Positions 48,724-58,658 of a stretch of DNA of 64,000 nucleotides are shown here, piece by piece. Below the pieces are notes generated by a model that saw only the letters and a program-made list of their open reading frames with translations, did not search any database and was not told the origin of the DNA. Position numbers and translations under genes: made by a program. Numbering within the stretch: position 1 is the stretch's first letter; every line of letters begins with the position of its first letter. The stretch comes from a virus, in IMG/VR virus record IMGVR_UViG_3300011102_000062; one strand, 5' to 3'.

Positions 48724-50470
48724 TTAGGCGGATGCCGCAGCTTCGATGCGAACCATCCACTCTTCGTGTAGACGGGTTGCAACGTACCAGAACTTCCACG
48801 AAGCGAAACCTCTCTGAGCCAGAGGGTCTTCGAACGTAGGAGTTGGGTTCTTCACGATAACCTGTGCCGATCCCATACCGCGTAGGGCAGTCACGCCGTA
48901 GGCATCCTGACCGACCACAACAATAGGGTATACGTCAACGTTGGTTCCGTCACGGCTCAGAACGCCTGTGGTGTTTGCAGAACCAGCCCCGAAGAAGATC
49001 GGGAAGTCACGGCTTAGAAGAACGCGAATGTCTTGGAACTTACCAATCTCCCATTCGCTGATTAGGCTACCGCTAGCGTACTTCTCACGAACCACGAACT
49101 CTGGAAGATCACGGAAGTCGGGCTCTAGGTTAGAGTTACCGAACGCGATGTAACCGGGAGCCACGGGCTCAGTAGCAACGTTAGTCGATGCCTTCAGCAT
49201 ACGAGTAATTGGGCGAGCACCGTTAGCCTTCAGGTAACGCTGCGCTGCTACCAGCTCATCAGCCGAGATTGGGGCCTCGACAGTAGCGCGGGATGTAGCC
49301 GCACCAGAGTAGATAACCGCAGTACCACCAACAAGCTCGGCAGCGATGATCGCTTCCTTGACCGCACCAGCCTTTTCGCCCATCAGAGAGGTCATGGTAC
49401 GTAGTACAGGGTCTTCGTGGGTATCCACGATTCATTTCTATTACTTTCGGAGAGCCCTTTTCTCCTACTGACCACCCTAAGGTGGCGGGGTTAGCTCTTC
49501 GGCTATCCCTCTCTATGTTTCCATAGAGTCTAGACTATCGCTTCATCCTTCTTCCGAAGGAGCTTCTGGATTTAGTCGTTCACGCTGCACAAGTCCTACA
49601 CTGTTAAGCTCAAGAACTTCTCTGTACAATCTTTCTCTTCTAGACAGTTCCTCTCTAGGAGTTCCTGTTTTAGTAATAGTCCAATTGTTCATAAGGTCTA
49701 GGCACTTTACTGCCTGTTCTTTCTTAACTACTAGATCATCAACGATGAGTTCTAGTATAGCTTTTCCTTTAAGGTTTGTGTTGATCCAATTGTAGCACTG
49801 TTTCCAGTTTTTGTTCTTAGGCACGGCTCTTTTATACACCTTGCCTCCGAAGTTTTCTACTAACCAGTCCATCATTTTTTCTGATGTGTTGGTAACGTTT
49901 ACTGTTAGGGAATAGGACGGATTCTTACATCCTGCTGTTTTATTAACAGCTCCTTTTACAATCCCTATGTACCCATCTGAATCAATTATTCCTGCTAGAT
50001 AAGCTATAGCCCTAGGGCTTTGCTTGCGCCTTGTTTCCATATAACAAATTTCCGGTAGATGTTGCTGTGTTAAATCGGATGTAGATACTTCTAAACTATT
50101 TTTGTTACTTAGGGGTCCAAGTCAATTACCAAAAGTTTTTCTTCTAACGTTACCGTTAGTGGACGCAATCGTTTCTTACGTCGGTGAATGTAGTCCAAGC
50201 ACCGTACTGCTGGATGACCGAAGTCAGGTCTTCGAACATGAACTGATCAGGAGCAGGTGTTACACCTTCAACCAGAGCGTTCGTGTTAACTTCAAATGGA
50301 ATCGGACGACGCCATTTGATGATCTGACCCTTATTCTTTGGAAGGTCTTCGACACGGGCAAACTTCTCAAGCATCAGAACGGGCTGAGCGTGCTCAAGGA
50401 AGTTCGCAGAGGCGAACATACCCACGCGGGGGCTTAGATCGCCATAAGTAGTAATACCAAAACTAGACAT
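48724..50470 (-). CDS. major capsid protein (N4 gp56-like), spliced: exons 50470..50178 + 49432..48724 (333 aa)
   Basis: LVEGVTP, QYG, spliced FTDVIVDTHEDP, DPLAQRG, WMVRIE motifs. Confidence 0.88.
49433..50177 (-). mobile_element. group I intron in major capsid gene
   Basis: P1 GACGU/GCGUC, P10 CGAUU/AAUCG, P7 elements GTGAACGACTA and GCGATAGTCT, terminal G; restores frame. Confidence 0.85.
49543..50040 (-). CDS. intron-encoded LAGLIDADG homing endonuclease
   Basis: YLAGIIDSDGYI; FGGKVY; LVVKKEQA. Confidence 0.85.
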   Translation of the reverse strand: METRRKQSPRAIAYLAGIIDSDGYIGIVKGAVNKTAGCKNPSYSLTVNVTNTSEKMMDWLVENFGGKVYKRAVPKNKNWKQCYNWINTNLKGKAILELIVDDLVVKKEQAVKCLDLMNNWTITKTGTPREELSRRERLYREVLELNSVGLVQRERLNPEAPSEEG

Positions 50471-50487
50471 ACTTTATCCTTTCAAGT

Positions 50488-51531
50488 TTATTTGCCTGTT
50501 AACTCCTTGCGTATTTGCTCGGAGAATTCTCTAAACAGAGCTTCTTCATTATCAGGCTTAGGTTGACGACCTGAGGCTGACGGACTGCCCACTACTACGG
50601 ACGATTCCTTTTTCCTCCGGCGCTCTGCTTCAATTTTTCTTGCTTTGTCGTCTTGGCCTTTTTCTGGTGCCTTCTTTTCAGGCTCCTTTACAGCCAGTTC
50701 TGGATACTTCTTAATCATGTCCTCTGCATACTTTTCAAAAGCAAAGGCTACATCATCAGCATCATCAGAACGGGCCAAAGACTTCATACGATCTGATTGG
50801 TTCTCTTCCCATTCCTTCCACGAAGCGCTCCTAAAAACTTCTGGCGCATTTGGATACATCTGTAACAGGCGGTCGATTTCAGACTTTCTGTATTCTTCGG
50901 CTGCGGCTTGTCTTTGTATCTGGAGAGATTCAATCTCTGCATTACGTAAGTCCTCAGCGACACCATCAGTAGCTTCTGCCAGAACTTTTTCTAAGGCTTC
51001 TGCTAGGATGGGGTCAGCATCTTTGATGGCCGAGAGATGAGAGCTTATCTTCTCGGATAGTTTTGCGGAAGGGCGACTTGAAGGAGAAGTAGTTAGCTTC
51101 TTCAGCTCTTCTAGCTTCTTGTCAAACTGTTGGACTTGGCGTTGAAGATGAGGTACTCTACCAGCCTGAGAACGGAGAGCGTGATTTTCCTGTTTCACTT
51201 TTTCGATCAGTTCAAGTGCTTCCTTCAGCTTGGCCTGATAGTCCTTCTCTTCTGTAGATTCCTTAGTCTTCTTATCCTCGTCTTCCTCCGGCTCATCTTC
51301 TTCAGATTTAGCGGGAGTATTATCATCACCAGTCTCTACTGGTGTTTCTTCCTCTGGAGTCTCCTCCGGCATAGCAGCGGGAGTGTCTTCCTCAGGTGTT
51401 TCTTCCTCTTCTTCTATTTCTTCTTGAGGGGATGCTGTTAGTTCATCCAAATCTTCGAACTTATTGTCTCTGATTGCGTTGGAAATCTGGGTGAATAGCT
51501 TTTCGTCTTCTTTAGTAGAGACTTGGGTCAT
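50488..51531 (-). CDS. capsid scaffolding protein
   Basis: acidic/coiled-coil, between portal and capsid. Confidence 0.7.
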   Translation of the reverse strand: MTQVSTKEDEKLFTQISNAIRDNKFEDLDELTASPQEEIEEEEETPEEDTPAAMPEETPEEETPVETGDDNTPAKSEEDEPEEDEDKKTKESTEEKDYQAKLKEALELIEKVKQENHALRSQAGRVPHLQRQVQQFDKKLEELKKLTTSPSSRPSAKLSEKISSHLSAIKDADPILAEALEKVLAEATDGVAEDLRNAEIESLQIQRQAAAEEYRKSEIDRLLQMYPNAPEVFRSASWKEWEENQSDRMKSLARSDDADDVAFAFEKYAEDMIKKYPELAVKEPEKKAPEKGQDDKARKIEAERRRKKESSVVVGSPSASGRQPKPDNEEALFREFSEQIRKELTGK

Positions 51532-51751
51532 TTAATGGGTTTCCTTTTTGGGCGGCTAGAATGGCGGCTTTCTCTGCTGCGAAGAGTTCGTCTATGATAG
51601 ACAGAGCCCCTCGGAGCCTATTAGACTCATCATGGTCTTTGGACCCAATTAAGAGTCCTATCTTGGTTTCCTTCTTTTTCTCAAGCCAAGCCTTGAGTAG
51701 TTTCCATGTTGGAGTGTTAACATCCAACTGTGTAAGGTCAGGGGTGAACAT
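51512..51751 (-). CDS. small conserved head-module protein
   Basis: TPTW...LRG motif; after portal. Confidence 0.6.
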   Translation of the reverse strand: MFTPDLTQLDVNTPTWKLLKAWLEKKKETKIGLLIGSKDHDESNRLRGALSIIDELFAAEKAAILAAQKGNPLNDPSLY

Positions 51752-53910
51752 TACACTCCTTCCCCTGTGACAGCCTTAAGTTGTAATTCGGTTTGATACA
51801 ACTCTTGGTCTCTTGCTTTAGTCTGTTGTTCCAGACCCTTCATGAAAGCACGAGTCTGGTTGTTTTCCTTGGCAATCTTTTCTTGAGACAGGAGTCTTGC
51901 GGCCGCTTCTTCACTTCTCTGCGCCAGCTTCAGCATCTCTGTTTCCTTTTCGTTCTGGCTTACCGTCACACGAGCCTGAGATTCAACAAATCTGGCGTGT
52001 GCCGCAGCCATCTTTTCTTCGTGCTCCCAAGCTTCGCGCTGTTGCTGCTGCTGGGTCTCGAACTCAAGCCTCATCTCTTCGATATCCAGACGGCGTGCAT
52101 CCAATTGCAGTTTCAGGATTTCAGGAGGTGGCTGCTGATTAGCAGCTCTTTGTTCATCTTCAGCTCGTACCTGTTCTTCCGTCTTGATGATATCTCTAGA
52201 AGGAAGATTCATCATGGCCAGACGGGCTCGTGCCAAGGCACCTTGATCTATTCTTTTTGCAAGCTCTTCGTTTTGTGCAGATTCCACAGATAGCTTTTCT
52301 AGGTCTCTGATATGCAGTTGCTTGTTCTTATATTCTGTAGAAGTTCTAACATCTACTACAAATAAGCCTTTAATCTCAGGCTTATTATTGTTCTGCATAT
52401 TCCACGCATAGAATGCTTCGATCAATGGAGCTGTGATATTGTCGTCCCATTCTTCGGACATGAAATCCAGAAGTGTTGTTGATGCGTGGCGCATCATCAG
52501 CTGACCTGTGGCCGTGTCTCCAAGTTCTGGGCTTTGTAGTCCAGCAGCGATTAGAGGAATACCGCTCTCTTCTTCAGCGAATCCTTGCGCTAGCTGCATA
52601 ATAGGCACAAGCTGGCCAGTTACGTTAGGCACATTGAAGAACTGAATAGCATCTTCAACTCTAGCTTGTGGGTCAAGAAGATACCACAATTGCTTAGGTG
52701 CGAATTTCCATTGCCCATTAGCTGGCTCAACTAGATTCTTTTGCATAGCTGCCTGAGGGCCAGAAGAAATTGAACTGTTGTCCAGAATCATGTGCCAAGT
52801 TTCGTTGACAACACGTTGGGCATCTGCCATCATCAAAGGAACACCGTATCCGAATACAGATGAGGCATCCTTTTCCCAAACAGACAGATAATAAGGAATC
52901 TTGAATGAGGCTTCGATAGGTTCAAGTTCTACTCTTAGAACGTGCTTACCACATACCCACACTTCTCCATAATACTCATCGTTAATCGAGTCGTAAGTGG
53001 GCTGGACACCTAGTGTGTCAAGATCACTCAATTTGATGGGTCCATAATATTCAAGGACCATATACTTGCCCTTGTAAACATTAGGATTGGAGTCAGACAT
53101 TCTGGCGAAGTTTGTCCAAGTGTCTGAGGTGTACTCCTCAGGACCCTGTTTCAAGACCTCCTTAATAGCTTCCGCCCTAAAGCCGGGATGATCCATGTAC
53201 TTCTTCAGCTCAAGGGGGGACATTGGATGCACTTCTATGCTATCAGGGATAGGCTGAGAAGGATCACAGTGCTCATCCGGGTAGAAGAACCAAGGATTAA
53301 CGCGGACTACTCTAGGAGTATGGTCCACAGAAACAGACGGCACCCAAGTTTCCGTATCAGGAAGTTTCTCATAGCTCCTCAAGAGCCGCCCTACACTCAT
53401 AGGTCCCTTGAGAATGCCTGTTCCGAGTACCACTCTGTCCCACATAGCTCGTCGAGCGTGCATTGGATACTTGGACTCATCCAGCTGCTTCTCGATTTCA
53501 TCGGACATGTAGGCGCAAGCCTGCTGGTTTTCAGCAGAGCCGTCTGCTTTTGACGGAATCAGGTCCCAGTTCTTATTGGATGTGCCAAACTGCATGGATA
53601 CAGAGTTGGCAATGGCGATAGAACACTTCGAACGGCAGATGTTTACATCTGGTCTGTTAGAAACTGGTTGTTTTTCAAACGGAGTTTCCTGTTCGTAAAT
53701 AGGATCACCGTTACCTAGTTTGCCGAAATACAGGCTAGCAGCAAGCAGCCATTGTTGTTCTTTGGCTCTCCTATTCTTTTTTCTTTCTTCGAACTTGCAG
53801 GTAATGGAATTAGCCAATCTTTCGTAGGTCTCTTCCATTTCCTTTAGACGAACTGTGGCTTCGTCCATTTCCTCAGTGCCGTATTCGTCTTCTAGTTCTG
53901 TAATAGCCAT
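51751..53910 (-). CDS. portal protein
   Basis: 719 aa after terminase; LGTGILKGP, VNPWFFYPD, GYGVP, TATG; coiled-coil barrel. Confidence 0.85.
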   Translation of the reverse strand: MAITELEDEYGTEEMDEATVRLKEMEETYERLANSITCKFEERKKNRRAKEQQWLLAASLYFGKLGNGDPIYEQETPFEKQPVSNRPDVNICRSKCSIAIANSVSMQFGTSNKNWDLIPSKADGSAENQQACAYMSDEIEKQLDESKYPMHARRAMWDRVVLGTGILKGPMSVGRLLRSYEKLPDTETWVPSVSVDHTPRVVRVNPWFFYPDEHCDPSQPIPDSIEVHPMSPLELKKYMDHPGFRAEAIKEVLKQGPEEYTSDTWTNFARMSDSNPNVYKGKYMVLEYYGPIKLSDLDTLGVQPTYDSINDEYYGEVWVCGKHVLRVELEPIEASFKIPYYLSVWEKDASSVFGYGVPLMMADAQRVVNETWHMILDNSSISSGPQAAMQKNLVEPANGQWKFAPKQLWYLLDPQARVEDAIQFFNVPNVTGQLVPIMQLAQGFAEEESGIPLIAAGLQSPELGDTATGQLMMRHASTTLLDFMSEEWDDNITAPLIEAFYAWNMQNNNKPEIKGLFVVDVRTSTEYKNKQLHIRDLEKLSVESAQNEELAKRIDQGALARARLAMMNLPSRDIIKTEEQVRAEDEQRAANQQPPPEILKLQLDARRLDIEEMRLEFETQQQQQREAWEHEEKMAAAHARFVESQARVTVSQNEKETEMLKLAQRSEEAAARLLSQEKIAKENNQTRAFMKGLEQQTKARDQELYQTELQLKAVTGEGV

Positions 53911-53913
53911 GTA

Positions 53914-54636
53914 TTAAATCCTGTATTCCGCTGCACCAGTATAGACAGGGGCGGCGGCCAGCTCTGCCTTTGATCTTGCTCTGTTGATATTGTTCTGTAA
54001 GTAACGAAGGCAATCCATGATGTGGTCATTTTCCTTAATGATCCTTCCACTGAGGTCCCTTCTATACAGAATAAACTCTCTTGCGAACTGAGGAAGAGTG
54101 TTAAATACCTTCAAACGACCAGTTGTCATTCTGTGCCACAAATCGTTTATACCAGTCTCCACGGCGTTGTTAGCCAAAGACAATTTTAATCCTTGCTGAC
54201 AATAAGAAGCATATAGCTGTCTTCCATCTATCTGACTACGACCCTGAGAAGCCGGGTCGATCACGCCCGGAATCCATTCTCCTCTGGCTTTGATAGCAGC
54301 AGCATTAACCGCCGGAGGTTGTTTTTTACCATAATACTCATCTGTAATATACAGGATGTCGGTATCTGGGTCCAAGGCCCCCCACAAGCAGGCCGTTACA
54401 TTCCAGCCCACGTCCAGCGCGTACAGTCTGCGCCAGTAATGAGGAAGCTTGACAGGAGGGCATAAGATAGCTTCAATAGAAATCGGGAATACGTTACCAC
54501 TTCCCATGCCCGGACGGCCAAGACGACGGGCCTCGATCAGGTGAGGAGGCGTGTCGGCTTCCATCTGCTTCTTGGCTTCTTCTGTGAGCCAAGGAGCATC
54601 GTCCCATCCAGCCTGAATAATTGCTTTAGTCGTCAT
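53914..54636 (-). CDS. terminase large subunit, C-terminal (lid + nuclease) part
   Basis: AGWDDAPWL, ALDVGW, NDHIMDCLRY. Confidence 0.85.
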   Translation of the reverse strand: MTTKAIIQAGWDDAPWLTEEAKKQMEADTPPHLIEARRLGRPGMGSGNVFPISIEAILCPPVKLPHYWRRLYALDVGWNVTACLWGALDPDTDILYITDEYYGKKQPPAVNAAAIKARGEWIPGVIDPASQGRSQIDGRQLYASYCQQGLKLSLANNAVETGINDLWHRMTTGRLKVFNTLPQFAREFILYRRDLSGRIIKENDHIMDCLRYLQNNINRARSKAELAAAPVYTGAAEYRI

Positions 54637-55453
54637 GCTTCACCGTTGGAAGTCCAATTAGCTTCTCAGCACCGGCAAGGTAATCAGCCTTCTCTGCGAA
54701 ACGAACAACTTGTGCAGATAACCCATTTAGAGGTGTGAATGTGTTGAATATGATACCGTTCGTTGTCATGGTACGAATCAGCAATTCATTGTAGATATCA
54801 ACAGGGCATTCTTCGTCAGGCCAAATCCAATCCATAGCTGTACCATAGAACGCCTGAAGCGGCTGTTCATAGTTCTTGAATCCTATGGTAGACCAGCCTC
54901 CTGTTGGCACATGCTTGATCTTGATAATGTCCACGCCTTGTGGTACACCGGCCAGCGCCCACCAATCTCCTATCAAATCCTTGGGAATCATTCCTGTCCC
55001 CCAAGCACCTACAGGACCGATCAGTTCTTTCTGAACGGTGTCTCTGGTCGCACGAGCTGTAGAGCCCAGTGCCCAGCCTGTAGTAGGACGATCAAAGGTG
55101 CGACCATTCCACCAATCAGGATAAACGCCAGTAGCATGGCAAGCCGCCTCATACGCTCCAGCAATCGACTTACCGCAACGGTTACCCGCCATGAACATTC
55201 GCTCGTTATAGATTTTGCCTGCATCAAAGAATGCCTTATGTTTTGGGCAGTTCTCGATACCGAATGGCGTGCCGGGAACGAACCACTTATGGATACCACT
55301 AGACTGTGACACCTTGTCCAAGTTCTGTAGAGTTTGGATAAGACGTTGTAGTTTGGATACTTCTGTCTCAGTCCCATTACTCTGTTCGCCCGGAAGATTG
55401 GGGATAGAGCCCATCAGCTTATTTAAATCTTCCCTGCTGAACTCACTGTTCAT
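54626..55453 (-). CDS. terminase large subunit, N-terminal ATPase part
   Basis: AGNRCGKS Walker A, WPDEE Walker B, TFTP. Confidence 0.88.
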   Translation of the reverse strand: MNSEFSREDLNKLMGSIPNLPGEQSNGTETEVSKLQRLIQTLQNLDKVSQSSGIHKWFVPGTPFGIENCPKHKAFFDAGKIYNERMFMAGNRCGKSIAGAYEAACHATGVYPDWWNGRTFDRPTTGWALGSTARATRDTVQKELIGPVGAWGTGMIPKDLIGDWWALAGVPQGVDIIKIKHVPTGGWSTIGFKNYEQPLQAFYGTAMDWIWPDEECPVDIYNELLIRTMTTNGIIFNTFTPLNGLSAQVVRFAEKADYLAGAEKLIGLPTVKHDD

Positions 55454-55892
55454 CTATCACTTTTCCTAGTTGTTGCAGCACACGCTGAGCATCCGTGAGT
55501 TCTGGTGTATTCTTTTTGATGAAGGCTTCCACTTCCTTGATGGCGCGAGTACGCAGCTCATCAAGATTGACGTTGACCGAATCCACAGTAGAAGACTGCT
55601 CCACCTTGTCAGCCCACCCGTGTTTATTCTTCATATAGAATGTAAGCAGGGTAGAATTGAAATTCTTGTTCTTGATGTTATGCCTAAACTGGCTTTCCCA
55701 CCAAGCTTGAGATAGGGTACGACCGAACTCTACAAGCTCTTTAAATGCAGGGTTGTCATCCATTTGCTTGTAGAAAGCCTTGATTGTCACACGCAAAGAA
55801 GCAGCGACCTCGGCGTCACTGCCTCCTTCTTTATATAGGTCTATTACTCTTTCAGACCAATTACGTGTGTCAACTACAGCTGCTTCAGTCAT
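55443..55892 (-). CDS. terminase small subunit
   Basis: HTH-like N-terminus, SQAWWE, FYMKNKHGW. Confidence 0.75.
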   Translation of the reverse strand: MTEAAVVDTRNWSERVIDLYKEGGSDAEVAASLRVTIKAFYKQMDDNPAFKELVEFGRTLSQAWWESQFRHNIKNKNFNSTLLTFYMKNKHGWADKVEQSSTVDSVNVNLDELRTRAIKEVEAFIKKNTPELTDAQRVLQQLGKVIDEQ

Positions 55893-56172
55893 CTACCGGC
55901 TCTTGTATATAACCACCTTCACCGTCAGGCTGTAGGTAGTCTCTTACTTCCTCTGCCGGAAGGCAGCGGGCGAGAGGATAAGCTGTAATCTCTCCGTTCT
56001 CGTCCTTGTCGATTCCTACCAATAGCAATACTTCTCTGTCTGTATCTTTTTCTTTTGCCTCCATGATACCGATACGGGCGTTCATCGCTGCATGGTAGAA
56101 CATGCTAAGCATAGTGTCTAGATAAGGACTGTCCTGCTTATTGGTAAACTTGTAGTATTTCAATTCTGTCAT
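55885..56172 (-). CDS. hypothetical protein
   Basis: ATGA-coupled to endolysin. Confidence 0.6.
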   Translation of the reverse strand: MTELKYYKFTNKQDSPYLDTMLSMFYHAAMNARIGIMEAKEKDTDREVLLLVGIDKDENGEITAYPLARCLPAEEVRDYLQPDGEGGYIQEPVDD

Positions 56173-56762
56173 AGTCTGTCCGGCGCTTGAAGTTCGGCGG
56201 GAATAGTTTGAGTCTCCATGCGGCGGGCGAGTTCTCGCGCGCGGCGGCCCACTTGTCGAGCCCACAGGGACTTCAGCATATTAGCAGCTGCTTGCTTATA
56301 ATTCTTTTGTGAAATGTATCGTAATGTATTCCTGAATCCTAGAAGTCCAGCTCTACCCAGATTGAAGTACATGTTAATCAAGATAGTCTTGGTTACGAAG
56401 CTTGCTTCTTTATACCAAGAAAGAGTGTTCTTTAGATCGGAGTTGATTGCCAGCACCAGCTCTTCAAGCTTTCGTGCAGCAATTTGTTTGTTCATTCGGC
56501 TTTCAGGAGTGACACCATCTGTGAAGCCATACCCCACTGTCCAAGGAGAGCCGAGTCTTTCGGCTTCTTCAAGGCTTACACCAATCTCTCGCAGGATTTC
56601 TACTGCTGGTCTGAATCCCCACTTCTCGTTTGGGTACTTCTGATAAAGATCGGATAATGGATCAGGGTAAGCAAACTCCCTATATCCTTCGTGGCGGTCC
56701 AAGTCCTTGACGACTTGAAGCATCAACTTGGTTTCATTAGAGTGCAGATATGGAATGCTCAT
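56169..56762 (-). CDS. endolysin (T4-lysozyme-like)
   Basis: RHEG, WTVGYG, NMYFNLG, SLWARQVGRRA. Confidence 0.85.
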   Translation of the reverse strand: MSIPYLHSNETKLMLQVVKDLDRHEGYREFAYPDPLSDLYQKYPNEKWGFRPAVEILREIGVSLEEAERLGSPWTVGYGFTDGVTPESRMNKQIAARKLEELVLAINSDLKNTLSWYKEASFVTKTILINMYFNLGRAGLLGFRNTLRYISQKNYKQAAANMLKSLWARQVGRRARELARRMETQTIPAELQAPDRL

Positions 56763-57297
56763 TTGGTAACCTATTTCCTTTAGACAAGTTAACGTAAGCA
56801 GGAACCACTCTTAGATTCCAAGGAACATTAAGACCTCTAGACTTTTTTCCTTTAAGAGGTTCTATATGATCTACATGATGCTTAATACCTAGACATTTAG
56901 ATACTCTAGCGCACATTTCGTAAAAGCCTTGAATCTCTCTTTGATTCACCCAAGGCGGAGTGGCTTCTAATTTAAGGGCTCGCCTTTTAGCAGAACTAGC
57001 TGCCGCATACCCACTGTCTGTTAATTTTTTGAATTTAGCTTTATTTATTTCTGGTCTTTCTTTGTATAACTCTCTAGCTCTAGCGTTAAGCTTTATTTTA
57101 TTTCTATCTCGCCAAGCTTTACCTTGTTGTCTATGATCCTTATTCCATTGTTTTCTATACTCTAAATCTTTTTCTTTGTTATTTTCTACCCATTTTTTAG
57201 TATGTCGGCGAGTACAAAGAACACAACTTTGAGTGGAGGTATATTTTACAGTATTAGAGCAATTTTTACAAGGTCTGCCATTATAAGTTTTAGCCAT
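56737..57297 (-). CDS. free-standing HNH endonuclease
   Basis: ATPPW, HHVDHIEPLKG...GLNVPWNL...NLSKGN; AT-rich. Confidence 0.85.
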   Translation of the reverse strand: MAKTYNGRPCKNCSNTVKYTSTQSCVLCTRRHTKKWVENNKEKDLEYRKQWNKDHRQQGKAWRDRNKIKLNARARELYKERPEINKAKFKKLTDSGYAAASSAKRRALKLEATPPWVNQREIQGFYEMCARVSKCLGIKHHVDHIEPLKGKKSRGLNVPWNLRVVPAYVNLSKGNRLPNEHSISAL

Positions 57298-57316
57298 ATG
57301 TTCCTTACAGGCAGAG

Positions 57317-57348
57317 GAAAGCCCGACTCCTTTCGAAGCCGGGCTGTT
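57317..57348 (-). terminator. terminator-like hairpin
   Basis: AGCCCGGC...GTCGGGCTTT. Confidence 0.55.
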
Positions 57349-57352
57349 TCAA

Positions 57353-57550
57353 TTAAGCTTGTGGATCAGTGTCGTAGCCAGTACCAGCTCCGCCGTTTGC
57401 ATTTAGCTGGGTAGCCAGCGCTGTAGCCCATGCGTTTAGGTTGGATACGCTAGTAGCGAGCGCCGCAAGACCAGCATCATCAGAATCCATCAAACGTCGT
57501 AGTGTCTTTTCTTGGGTCGTATTAAACCCGAAATAGTCAGTGCTTGCCAT
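57353..57550 (-). CDS. small late hypothetical protein
   Basis: GAGGAG RBS. Confidence 0.65.
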   Translation of the reverse strand: MASTDYFGFNTTQEKTLRRLMDSDDAGLAALATSVSNLNAWATALATQLNANGGAGTGYDTDPQA

Positions 57551-57614
57551 AGGTAATTCTCCTCTCTAGTTAATGACAAGGGATTACTAATGTAATCCTT
57601 CATGGTACAACAAT

Positions 57615-57687
57615 TGGCACCCCGTGTAAGAATCGAACTCACGCAAATGGGCTTAGAAGGCCCGATGCCGGGTCCACCGGACAGGGT
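57615..57687 (-). tRNA. tRNA-Arg(TCT)
   Basis: cloverleaf, loop CTTCTAA, CCA. Confidence 0.85.
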
Positions 57688-57690
57688 ATT

Positions 57691-57763
57691 TGGCACCGTG
57701 TCAAGGAGTTGAACCTTGGCACCCAGACTTAGGAGGTCCGGCGCTAGTTCCGCTAGCCACGGT
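57691..57763 (-). tRNA. tRNA-Arg(CCT)
   Basis: loop CTCCTAA, CCA. Confidence 0.8.
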
Positions 57764-57766
57764 ATT

Positions 57767-57839
57767 TGGAGCCCCGTTAAGGAATTGAACCCAGACAAGC
57801 AACCTTCGTAGGGTCGCCGCCAGTTCCACTGGCCGAGGC
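57767..57839 (-). tRNA. tRNA-Arg(ACG)
   Basis: loop CTACGAA, CCA. Confidence 0.75.
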
Positions 57840-57844
57840 GTATT

Positions 57845-57940
57845 TGGTCGCTCTGCTAGGACTTGAACCTAGACTGGGCCCTAATCTGGGGCGACAATGT
57901 GAGGTATAAGCTCACCCGTGCTACCTTACACTACAGAGCA
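57845..57940 (-). tRNA. tRNA with TAT anticodon (Ile) and long variable arm
   Basis: GTGAG-CTTATAC-CTCAC; T-loop TTCAAGT; CCA. Confidence 0.75.
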
Positions 57941-58006
57941 GTTGCAAGGGCAAGGTCGGTAGGCAGTGACCTATTTAATCTGTCGCTATCCTGACAGAAC
58001 CACAGA

Positions 58007-58090
58007 TGGTAGGGCATGTAGGAGTCGAACCTACAAGGCACGGAGATTTTAAGTCTCCTCGGTCTTCCGGTTCCCTTTGTGCAATGCCCC
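58007..58090 (-). tRNA. tRNA-Leu(TAA)
   Basis: loop CTTAAAA, GTTCGA, CCA. Confidence 0.8.
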
Positions 58091-58094
58091 ATAT

Positions 58095-58177
58095 TGGTAG
58101 CCGCCCTCGGAGTTGCACCGAGACGCACGAGGCACCGGGGTTTGAAGCCGGCGTGTCTGCTATTCCACCAGACGGCC
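58095..58177 (-). tRNA. tRNA-Leu(CAA)
   Basis: loop TTCAAAC, variable arm, CCA. Confidence 0.75.
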
Positions 58178-58225
58178 ATTATACTTCGGCTGATCTTTCT
58201 TTCGATTAACCAACCTACCTATACA

Positions 58226-58310
58226 TGGTACCCTGCGAGGGCTTCGAACCCCCACTCCTTTCGGAACCAGAACCTAAATCTGGCGTGTCTGCCTGTTCCA
58301 CCAGCAGGGC
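58226..58310 (-). tRNA. tRNA-Leu(TAG)
   Basis: loop TTTAGGT, variable arm, CCA. Confidence 0.9.
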
Positions 58311-58316
58311 ATTGTT

Positions 58317-58391
58317 TGGAGTTCTCTGTGGAGGATTTCACCCACGTACCGGAGGTTGCAGCTCCGTGCCTGTTTACTCGGCCAAGAGAAC
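58317..58391 (-). tRNA. tRNA-Cys(GCA)
   Basis: loop CTGCAAC, U discriminator, CCA. Confidence 0.8.
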
Positions 58392-58395
58392 ATAT

Positions 58396-58483
58396 TGGCG
58401 GAGAGAGGAGGTCTCGATCCCCGAACCCTTTCGGGTCCCTCTGCTTTAGCAAAGCGAGCCAGCACCTAGCCAGTTCACTCTCC
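58396..58483 (-). tRNA. tRNA-Ser(GCT)
   Basis: loop TTGCTAA, variable arm, GCCA. Confidence 0.85.
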
Positions 58484-58489
58484 ATTGTT

Positions 58490-58565
58490 TGGCGTCCCGT
58501 CTAGGAATCGAACCTAGCTTCACTGCTTAACAGGCAGTCGCTCTCACCAGAATAGCTGTCGAGAC
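58490..58565 (-). tRNA. tRNA-Asn(GTT)
   Basis: loop CTGTTAA. Confidence 0.85.
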
Positions 58566-58569
58566 GTAT

Positions 58570-58658
58570 TGGCAGAAGGCAGAGGTGTCGATCCCCCTAG
58601 AGTTTCCCCTAGCGTGACGGTTTTCAAGACCGTGTGCTGCGCCGGCAGCGTACCTTCT
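58570..58658 (-). tRNA. tRNA-Ser(TGA)
   Basis: loop CTTGAAA, variable arm. Confidence 0.85.

Noticed and set aside
58095..58177. Possible opal suppressor/Sec tRNA (TCA in anticodon loop)
   Set aside because: The stem register pairs better with loop TTCAAAC (CAA anticodon); D-arm, variable arm and A discriminator fit Leu.
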